From positions 11,155-75,154 of the forward strand of contig JAHITU010000024.1 in the NCBI GenBank assembly GCA_018817595.1: a stretch of 64,000 bases of DNA, read 5' to 3'. The stretch is from Patescibacteria group bacterium (GTDB taxonomy: Bacteria; Patescibacteriota; Minisyncoccia; Phycocordibacterales; UBA12079). A program made the translations under genes and the position numbers. The stretch's first letter is position 1. Every line of letters begins with the position of its first letter. Of this stretch, positions 9,175 to 17,400 are shown in pieces. Under the pieces are notes generated by a model. It saw nothing but the letters and a program-made list of their open reading frames with translations, did not search any database and was not told the DNA's origin.

Positions 9175-9825
9175 CTAAGCTTTTTTAATCTCAAAGTCTC
9201 TTAAAGCTTCTATTGTAGACTTAGCAATATTTAATTGATTTTTTGATCTTGAAAGCACTTTAGCAGTCACATCTGTAATTCCAGCTAATTCCAAAACAGT
9301 CTTTACTGCTGAACCAGCACTTAATCCTTTACCTTCTTTAGTAGGTAGAATCTTAATTACTGAAGCACAGTATTTGTTTTCGACATCATAAGGAATTGAA
9401 TTATTTTTAGTTAATTTCAATTCAATCATATTTTTCTTAGCATTTTTAACTGCTTTTTCAATAGCCAAAGCTGTATCACCAGCTTTTGCAATCCCTACTC
9501 CAACTTTACCATTCTTGTTTCCTAATACCATAGCCACAGAAAAAGAAAATCTTCGTCCTCCTGACATAACACGAGTAACTCTTCTTATTTTAATTATTTT
9601 TTGATCAAACTCAGAACGAGGTTTTTCAAATTTCTTTCTTTTTCTTGAATTAAAATTCTTTTTAAAAGGTTCTTTTGCAGGGAAAGGTTTTTTAGTGTCA
9701 GTAGCTGTTTCTTTTTTATTATCAATAGCTTTTTCTTCTATTACATTTACATTAGAATCAACCATAGTTTCTTCAACTAGTTTTTCAACAACACCTTCTT
9801 CTTTTTTAATTTCTTTTTCTGTCAT
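9175..9825 (-). CDS. rpsE: 30S ribosomal protein S5, with a Lys/Glu-rich N-terminal extension of about 70 aa
   Basis: The S5 core is VTRVMSGGRRFSFSVAMVLGNKNGKVGVGIAKA ... AGITDVTAKVLSRSKNQLNIAKSTIEAL. It is followed directly by rplO, with no rpmD (L30) between them. Confidence 0.9.
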   Translation of the reverse strand: MTEKEIKKEEGVVEKLVEETMVDSNVNVIEEKAIDNKKETATDTKKPFPAKEPFKKNFNSRKRKKFEKPRSEFDQKIIKIRRVTRVMSGGRRFSFSVAMVLGNKNGKVGVGIAKAGDTALAIEKAVKNAKKNMIELKLTKNNSIPYDVENKYCASVIKILPTKEGKGLSAGSAVKTVLELAGITDVTAKVLSRSKNQLNIAKSTIEALRDFEIKKA

Positions 9826-9846
9826 TTTTTTAATAATTTATTTTAA

Positions 9847-10194
9847 TTAAAATTTCAATCCTTCTTCTCTAGCTGCATCAGCCAAAGCTTTAATTTTTCC
9901 TGCGTAAATATATCCTCCTTTATCAAAAACAACTTTTTCAATTTTTAAATCTTTAGCCTTAATCGCAATTTCTCTTCCTACCTTTACTGCGTTTTCTAAT
10001 AGAGAATTAGCTTTCATCTTTAAACTTGAAGATGCTGCTAAAGTTTTATTTCTCTCATCATCAATGATTTGAGCATAAATATATTTATTAGATTTGAAAA
10101 CACACAATCTAGGTTTTGAAGCAGACCCAATAACCTTAGATCGAACTCTTTTGTGTCTTCTTAATCTTGCTTCTGTTTTTGATTTATTTTTATC
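9847..10194 (-). CDS. rplR: 50S ribosomal protein L18 (start at MDKNKS; the ORF track over-extends the N-terminus)
   Basis: ARLRRHKRVRSKVIGSASKPRLCVFKSNKYIYAQIIDD ... VFDKGGYIYAGKIKALADAAREEGLKF. Confidence 0.9.
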   Translation of the reverse strand, partial: DKNKSKTEARLRRHKRVRSKVIGSASKPRLCVFKSNKYIYAQIIDDERNKTLAASSSLKMKANSLLENAVKVGREIAIKAKDLKIEKVVFDKGGYIYAGKIKALADAAREEGLKF

Positions 10195-10238
10195 CATAAT
10201 TATTTGGAAAGTAGTAGGTGGAAAGTAGAGAGTGGGAG

Positions 10239-10261
10239 AAAATTTGCTTCGCAAATTTTTT
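10239..10261. promoter_or_regulatory. AT-rich palindrome AAAATTTGCTTCGCAAATTTT (one of at least 11 copies), flanked by complementary purine-rich and pyrimidine-rich arms
   Basis: Dyad AAATTTGC-n3-GCAAATTT between rplF and rplR. The flanking ggtggaaagtagagagtggg and ccaccttctaccttctacg are mutually complementary. Confidence 0.5.
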
Positions 10262-10292
10262 CCACCTTCTACCTTCTACGTTCTACCTTCGA

Positions 10293-10826
10293 TTAAACAT
10301 TCTTCTTACCTTGTTTTCTTCTTACTACTTCTCCTTCATATCTGAAACCTTTTCCTTTGTAGGGTTCAGCTTTCTTTTTCTTTCTTGTTTTAGCTGCAAA
10401 TTGCCCCACCATTTCTTTATCAATTCCTGTTATTGTAATATTATTTTTTTCTGCAGTCACAGTCAATCCATTAGGTATTTCAATTTCTACCAAGTGAGAG
10501 AATCCCAAAGCTAAAACTAAGTTATCTCCTTTTACTTCTGATTTGAAACCAACTCCTTCAAGAATTAGTTTTTTACTGAAAGGAGTATTTACTCCTTGCA
10601 TCATATTTACTATATGTGAAGCATATGTTCCCCAAAGAGCTTTTGCAAAAGGAGAGTTATTTGTTGGATTAACAGTAACTTTGTTATCTTCAACAGTTAC
10701 AGCTATTTCAGGTCTTAATTCTCTTTTTAGTTCTCCTAAAGGTCCTTTTACTATTACAAAATTATCCACTAAAGTAACTTCAGTTTTTGCAGGGATTTCA
10801 TGTTGTTGTTTTCCTATTCTTGACAT
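10293..10826 (-). CDS. rplF: 50S ribosomal protein L6
   Basis: MSRIGKQ..IPAKTEVTL....VIVKGPLGEL, a two-domain L6 fold. 177 aa. Confidence 0.9.
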   Translation of the reverse strand: MSRIGKQQHEIPAKTEVTLVDNFVIVKGPLGELKRELRPEIAVTVEDNKVTVNPTNNSPFAKALWGTYASHIVNMMQGVNTPFSKKLILEGVGFKSEVKGDNLVLALGFSHLVEIEIPNGLTVTAEKNNITITGIDKEMVGQFAAKTRKKKKAEPYKGKGFRYEGEVVRRKQGKKNV

Positions 10827-10905
10827 AATGTTTTAGCTTATTAGCTTATAGCTGTTAGCTTTTAGGAAAAATTTACTCTGTAAATTTTCCTTGTTAATTC
10901 TAGAC

Positions 10906-11030
10906 CTGCCTACCGGCAGGCAGATTGCTTCGTCGTGACCTCCTCGCAAAGACGAAAATCTTTGCTTTTTGAAACGAATTTTGCTTTGCAAAATTCGTCT
11001 CTGCGAGGAGCCTGCGACGAAGCAGTCCAG
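10906..11030. repeat. GC-rich composite palindromic intergenic repeat of about 125 bp, between rpsH and rplF
   Basis: cctgcctaccggcaggcag + attgcttcgtcgtgacctcctcgca ... tgcgaggagcctgcgacgaagcagtccag. Nested inverted repeats (gcttcgtcg/cgacgaagc, cctcctcgca/tgcgaggag, cgaatttt/aaaattcg). About 60% GC. Confidence 0.65.
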
Positions 11031-11045
11031 TATTTTTATTTTAAA

Positions 11046-11441
11046 TTACCAAATTTTAAACAAAGCTTCTCCTCCTAATCCTGATTCCTTAGCTTGTTCC
11101 CCTGTCATCACTCCTTCTGAAGTTGACATTATTAATTTACCAAAACCATTCTTAACTTTTCTGATATCCTTATTATTTAAATAAACTCTTTTAGATAATT
11201 TTGAAACTCTTACTACATCTTTAATCTTTGGAGTATTTTTAGCTTTGTAAGCTAATTCAATTTCTAAAACTCTTTTAGGGTTTTTTCCTATCTTAGAAAA
11301 TGATTCTATAAAACCTTCTTTTTTCAATATTTCAGCTATATTAGCTTTAAAATTAGAATAAGGAAGATGCACAGTTTCTTTATCTGCAGTTCCGGCATTT
11401 TTTATACCTATTATTAATTCTGAAATTATATCTCTACTCAT
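11046..11441 (-). CDS. rpsH: 30S ribosomal protein S8
   Basis: MSRDIISELIIGIKNA...LPYSNFKANIAEILKKEGFI...GKLIMSTSEGVMTGEQAKESGLGGEALFKIW. Confidence 0.9.
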   Translation of the reverse strand: MSRDIISELIIGIKNAGTADKETVHLPYSNFKANIAEILKKEGFIESFSKIGKNPKRVLEIELAYKAKNTPKIKDVVRVSKLSKRVYLNNKDIRKVKNGFGKLIMSTSEGVMTGEQAKESGLGGEALFKIW

Positions 11442-11491
11442 ATTTATTTAATTATTTATTTAGACTTTGTCTTTATATCTCTAATTCTTTT

Positions 11492-11677
11492 TTACCAAGA
11501 AGATTTTCTAATACCTGGAATTTTTCCTTCATTTGCTAATTCTCTAAAACAAATTCTACATAAATCAAATTGTCTCATATAACCTCTCTTTCTCCCACAC
11601 TTAAAACATCTATTAGTTTCTCTAGTAGAAAATTTTGAAGGTTTATTTGATCTAGCTAATACTGATTTTTTTGCCAT
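11492..11677 (-). CDS. rpsZ: 30S ribosomal protein S14 type Z (zinc-binding, 61 aa)
   Basis: The [23 protein letters not shown]ys4 motif, and its position before rpsH. Confidence 0.9.
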   Translation of the reverse strand: MAKKSVLARSNKPSKFSTRETNRCFKCGRKRGYMRQFDLCRICFRELANEGKIPGIRKSSW

Positions 11678-11764
11678 ATTTATTTTCTTTAAATATAAAC
11701 CGCCTTAAAACTAGCGGGATACTTGCTTATCCTATCAAAAACACCCCTTGATGTCAATTAAATA

Positions 11765-11794
11765 AAGTATTTAATTTCAATAAATTAAATACTT
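11765..11794 (-). terminator. Intrinsic terminator ending the ABC/giant-protein transcription unit, upstream of rpsZ
   Basis: 12-bp inverted repeat aagtatttaatt-tcaataa-attaaatactt, followed by a T-rich tract on the minus strand. Confidence 0.45.
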
Positions 11795-11836
11795 TCAACA
11801 ATAATTAAAAGGTTTAACTTTAGTTATTGTGTTATT

Positions 11837-13057
11837 TCATTTATATCTTAAAGCCTGAAGAGCATCTAATCGAGCAGCTCTTCTTGAAGGAGAAATTCCT
11901 GTTAATAAACCTACAGCCATGGAGAAAATTACTATACTAAAAATGAACCATGGAGGGTTATAAAATATATCTACAAAAACCCCTCCTAGAGAACGAGCCA
12001 ATATATTTAATGCAAAATTAAATACCCATTCTACTACTATACCAACCACGACTCCTATAACACCTCCCAAAAAACCCATAACTATAGCTTCACTTAGAAA
12101 AATAAAAGCAATATCTTTATTAGAAGCACCAATAGCTTTCATAATACCAACTTCATTCGTTCTTTCTAAAAGAGTAATAGTCATAGTATTAAACATTCCA
12201 ATTGCTGATACCACTAAAGCAATAAAACCAAATACTCCCAGAATAACCTGAATAGCACTAAAGATTTTGTTAATTTGATCAACTGTATCGGACAAAGCAG
12301 AAACTAAAAATCCCATATCAAAAATCTTTTCTCTCGCAGGGGATAAAAATTCATTTGATTTTACTTTAACCTTTAATTCATCATATCTATTTATACTTAG
12401 GTCACTAAGAAAACCTAAAGGCAAAAAAACAAAAGAAGAATCAGAGTTATCTATCACTCCTACAATTTTAAATTTTTCGTTTAAATCCACTATTTCTATT
12501 TCTCCTTCTACTAAAACTTCTTCGTATTCAATATTTTGAGTTATCTCCCTAGGTAGAAATACCTGAAAAGAAACTTCTGAACCGATAACTTCTTCTTCCT
12601 TTAAATCAAATAATTTAATCACAGCACTTGAAACTAAGATTTCAGGAGTATTGTTGTCAAATAATTTCCCTATTGATGGAATAATCCCTCCTAAATCAAA
12701 ATAATCAGTATTCACAGAATAAACTGTTGTATTAGCAATTAAATTATTTATACTCATTTGAGCAGGTAGAGTTATTTTTGGACTCACTTTATCAACTTCT
12801 TCAAAAGCTAATATTTTATCTATATTATCTTTATCCAAAACAATAGTTTCTACTTTCCCAGGAGCAACATCCAAAGATAATAGGGATTCACTAGTAGCGA
12901 TTTCTTTTAATAAAAGATCCTGTAAACCATAACCCATACCAACCAAAAATAGTACCGATCCAAAACCGACACCTAAACCAAGGACCGTCAAAAAGGTACG
13001 ACTTGATCGTCCTTTGAAACCTCTTATTGACAATCTAAATAGATCTGAATATAACAT
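11837..13057 (-). CDS. ABC transporter permease, MacB/FtsX family
   Basis: N-terminal TM helix, a large extracytoplasmic domain, and a C-terminal FtsX-type 3-TM module (MKAIGASNKDIAFIFLSEAIVMGFLGGVIGVVVG). Confidence 0.75.
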   Translation of the reverse strand: MLYSDLFRLSIRGFKGRSSRTFLTVLGLGVGFGSVLFLVGMGYGLQDLLLKEIATSESLLSLDVAPGKVETIVLDKDNIDKILAFEEVDKVSPKITLPAQMSINNLIANTTVYSVNTDYFDLGGIIPSIGKLFDNNTPEILVSSAVIKLFDLKEEEVIGSEVSFQVFLPREITQNIEYEEVLVEGEIEIVDLNEKFKIVGVIDNSDSSFVFLPLGFLSDLSINRYDELKVKVKSNEFLSPAREKIFDMGFLVSALSDTVDQINKIFSAIQVILGVFGFIALVVSAIGMFNTMTITLLERTNEVGIMKAIGASNKDIAFIFLSEAIVMGFLGGVIGVVVGIVVEWVFNFALNILARSLGGVFVDIFYNPPWFIFSIVIFSMAVGLLTGISPSRRAARLDALQALRYK

Positions 13058-13060
13058 AAT

Positions 13061-14371
13061 TTATTCTTGAGATAATATTATTTCTAACTCGTTTGTAAAA
13101 TGTTTAGCACTTACACGATTAAAACCAATTCCTCCTTTTTTCAAAGGTAAATCTAACTTCTTTTCAAATTCTTTAGTATTAATTTCATTAATTAATCTTT
13201 CCTTTATTAAAATATCTAACTTCATTCTTTGTTCTAAGCTTATTTGAATATCTTTTTTATTATCCAAAAGATATCTTCTTATTTCTTCAGCTTTTAAATC
13301 CAACTCTGATTTTTCTGAATTCGGTAAATTTATTTTATGTTTTAACAAATCAGCTTCTTCTAAAATTATATCTACTTTTCTCGCAAATTCTTGAGCTGTC
13401 TGTTTATAAAGACCCACTCCCCCATCTCTGAACGAATCATCAAATATCTTCTCCATAACATCGGTATCAATTTCTCCAGAAATTCTTTTAGCCACAACTT
13501 TTTCCAATCTGCTTATCTCAACAGGATTAAAATCTATTAAAAGGTGCTCTACCAAAGCCTTGGCTTTTAATTCCTCTTGCTTTAAATCTGGATAAATTTT
13601 AGCAAGTCTATTTAAAACTCCAACAATGGGTTTTTCTTCAGAAACCGATAGACTTTTATATTTAGACTTTTTATTTATTACTTCTCTGACTACTTGCCCG
13701 TCTTTCATATATAAAACTCTATGAGCATAATCAAGAAATCTATCGTCGTGAGTAACTAAAATAATTGTTTTTTTAAATTTTGTATTTAATTCTTCCAACA
13801 AACCCATCACTACATCAGTAGATTTAGAATCTAAATTTCCTACTGGTTCATCAGCCATAATAACAGACGGTTCATTTATCATAGCTCTAGCAATAGAAAC
13901 TCTTTGTCTTTGCCCCCCAGATAATTCATTAGGGAACTTATCAGCTTGTTTTAATATCCCAAAATATTTTAATAAATCTTTTGCTTTTTTCTTTCTTTCT
14001 TCTACTGGTCTTTCTATAAAAATTTGAGGTAAGATAACATTATCCAAAACACTCAAACTAGGCACTAAGTGATATGCCTGGAAAATCATTCCTATCTCGT
14101 GACGGTTAATATTCAATATATCTTTAGAAGCTAAAGATAAAATCTTTTTATCATTTATAATAATTTCCCCTGAAGTAAGTTTTTGTAGACCACTCATACA
14201 ATAAAGTAAAGTTGATTTTCCACAACCAGATGGTCCATAAATAATTACATATTCTTCAGGGTATATTTCAACGTTCACGTTTAACAAAGCGTTTGTTTCA
14301 TAGGTTTGACCTATATCATATATAAGGCTAGCGTCTTTTGTTTTTATTATGGGGTTTTTTATCATATTCAT
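13061..14371 (-). CDS. ABC transporter ATP-binding protein (MacB/LolD-like), with a C-terminal extension of about 200 aa
   Basis: Walker A GPSGCGKST, Q-loop, signature LSGGQRQRVSIARA, Walker B IMADEP, and an H-loop in VTHD. The extension beyond about aa 230 is of unknown function. Confidence 0.85.
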   Translation of the reverse strand: MNMIKNPIIKTKDASLIYDIGQTYETNALLNVNVEIYPEEYVIIYGPSGCGKSTLLYCMSGLQKLTSGEIIINDKKILSLASKDILNINRHEIGMIFQAYHLVPSLSVLDNVILPQIFIERPVEERKKKAKDLLKYFGILKQADKFPNELSGGQRQRVSIARAMINEPSVIMADEPVGNLDSKSTDVVMGLLEELNTKFKKTIILVTHDDRFLDYAHRVLYMKDGQVVREVINKKSKYKSLSVSEEKPIVGVLNRLAKIYPDLKQEELKAKALVEHLLIDFNPVEISRLEKVVAKRISGEIDTDVMEKIFDDSFRDGGVGLYKQTAQEFARKVDIILEEADLLKHKINLPNSEKSELDLKAEEIRRYLLDNKKDIQISLEQRMKLDILIKERLINEINTKEFEKKLDLPLKKGGIGFNRVSAKHFTNELEIILSQE

Positions 14372-14405
14372 TATATTATACCTGATTTTTGTTTTCGTTT
14401 AAAAT

Positions 14406-17400
14406 TTATAAACCTAGTCTTTCTAACCAACCAAATTTCTTTTCAAAGTTAGAGAAAATAATTTCTACAACATCTTGCTTTTTTTGAGGTGTTAATAAGG
14501 TGTAGTCTTTTGAGATAGATAGATTACCTTGAGAATCCTTGGACTGAACATTAAAACGATAAACAGTAGCTGGTTTTAGATTACCCAATACGGTTGTATG
14601 ACGATAAACAAGATCTTCTCTCAATTCACTACTTACTACAAATTCAGGGTTAATGGATGCTCCTTCTTGATAAAAAACTTGAGAGGTTGCCAACTCATCA
14701 GTTTGCCAAGTAATAATAGTTTGAATTTTTTTACCTTCTGAAGATACAGCTGATTCTGTTCTTAATTGTAATATCTGAGGAGGAATTACATCATCCACAT
14801 TATTAAATTCAGGAATAGTATGAGTAATTAACTCTCCGCTTTGAGTGGTTGATTTTAGACGTACAAAATATGTGGTTCCTCCCTCTAAATCTTCTATGGT
14901 AACCTCATGAGTAATACTCAGTCCTGCAACAGATTTTGTTTTTAATCTATCCTTTTGCAATTCTCCTTGATGATATGGAGTATATTCAATTTCTGTTGTT
15001 GATTCTACTGAAGTTTCCCATACAAATGTAGCTGAATGATCTTCTACATCCTTAACAGACCATTTAGTAATTTCTGGTACTTCAGCATTGGTTTTAAAAA
15101 CAAAATCTTTAGATTGAGCAATAGGTCCTACCTGTGATTTAGATTTTAATTTGTAGTGATATGTTGTACTTGGAGCTAAGTTAGAGAGAACCACAATATG
15201 AGAAGTTGTCAGCTCTTCTGCTTCTCCTCGTGTCTCTGTATATGGTTTACTTTTATTCAAATTATATTCAGCCTCTGTAGCTAACTCAATTAATGAGTTA
15301 GCTGGTTTATCAGTTCCCCAAGAAATGATAGCTGAAGACGAAGTCACCTTAACATTCGGTTCAGAACTTAAAAGTGGAGCTGGGATATATTTTGATAAAT
15401 CTTCGATAGTTTGAGTAGTTAAAACCAAGTTCTCTTCTAATTTTTGTACTGAAACCTGTCCTGCCATTTTTGAGAAAATTGAATTAACTTTTTGAGTCGC
15501 TAACTGCAATAGAGATTCTTGAGCTGTCTTAACTGTGCTACTTGTGGTTATAACAGGAGTTTCTTGAATATCTTCAATTTCTTGAGTGTCTTTCTCCACT
15601 CCTTCAAGAGAAGATAAAGTGGTGAAAGAAGCCTGGGGTGATTCAGCTTTATTACCTGAACTATCAATAGAAATAACTTTATAGAAATATTGATTTGAAG
15701 GGTAAAGTTTTGTTAAAGTTATTTTATGATTTCTACTCGTATTCAATGACATACCATTTAATAGCCCGTATTCTGGACCTGTACCATACTGAACTCCTTC
15801 ATTCGCGTCCTCGTTAGTAGCCCAAGTCACAGTAGCTGTAGTTGCACCAACATCAACTTTAACATCACTAATTACAGGAGCTTTTCTGTCAGTAACAGGA
15901 CAAGAAGCTCCTCCCCCTCCACCACCACTTGAAGCAGCGACACAAAAAGTTCCATTCCAAGAAGTATTAGAACCACAATAACTAGAACCAGCCCCTGCAC
16001 TAGCAATTCCCTCAGCTCTCGCAGCTTCTTCTCGTATGACCACAGCAGCCTCTTCAGACAAGGCTCCTAAAGTAGTAAAGAATGTTTCTGCACTAGTAGT
16101 AGCGTTCGAATTAGCATCAGTGGAAAGCACTCTGAAATAATATTTAATCTCTTCAGTTAAGCCAGATAATTTAACTGAGTGTGAAGTATCCAGAGTTGCC
16201 TTTGAAGAGGAGGCTGTATAGACTCCTGAAGTGGTTCCATAATCAACAACAGAATTTGAAGCTTCATCTGTTATCCAAGTAATGTACGCGAAAGTATCCC
16301 CAATAGTTGAAGCACTTGGATCAGTTGTAATATTAGGAGCAGTTATATCTGACGAATCTGTTGTGGTAAAGGTCCATCCCGCTCCAGCATTATCATCAGT
16401 TCTTGTATTAGAGTTGGAATCGGTACTTTTTAATCTTATGTAATAGGTGGTACCTGCTGTTAAGCCAGTTATATCAAAAGAATGGTTAGAGTTGTAGTTG
16501 TTGTTAGATTCTGTAGTTCCATAGGAATTAGATATTCCGTATTCTAGTGTTGAAGTAGCCACTTCACTGGTCGTCCAAGAAACAGTGGCTGTGGTATCTC
16601 CTATAGCAGTAATATCTGTATCACTATCAAAAGTAATTGTAGGAGCGGTCGAATCTTGAGTAGTAGTCAGACTATAATATGCAACTTCTCCATTAATAAC
16701 ATTTTTATCATTAGCTGTTCCTGAACTTACATAATAGTAATATTTAGTCCCTGCTGTTAAACCACTCACAGTCACTGAGTGTGAAGCCACTGAATCAGCT
16801 GAACCAGTTTGAGTAGCACTGGATAAATCTGAGTTAGTTGAATAATAAACATAAGAACTAGCTACAGTATCTGTAGTCCAAGTAATCACAGCTGATTCAT
16901 TATTTATAGTATCTGTAGTTACAGCAGAGATAGATGGACCTGCTAGAGTATCAAAAGTAAAACCATTATCTCCTGGAACTTTAGTAGCTGTATTATTATT
17001 AATATCCGTTGATTTAACCTGGTAATAATACGTAGTGTCTGGAGTTAAACCAGTCAAGACGATACTATGTTGTCCTAGGCCAGCAGCTGTATTTAACATA
17101 GTAGCTTTTCCAACATAAGGGGCATCTGTGAAGTCAGCTCCTGTAGCTGTAATATATTCTACTCTGGAATCGGCTAGCTCATCTGTATCCCAAGTAATAG
17201 TAGCTGACTGAGTAGTAATATTAGAAGCTGTAGTATTAGTAATAACAGGTTCAACAGCTTCTACTCCTCCCCCTCCTTCTGATCCGTCTTGAGTACCGTT
17301 AGCTGTTCCTGCAATAGCTGAAGAGTAAGCTGAAATATTTCCATCGGCATCAATTGAAAGAACTTTGTATTGATGAGTAGAATCAGCACTAAGACTTCTA

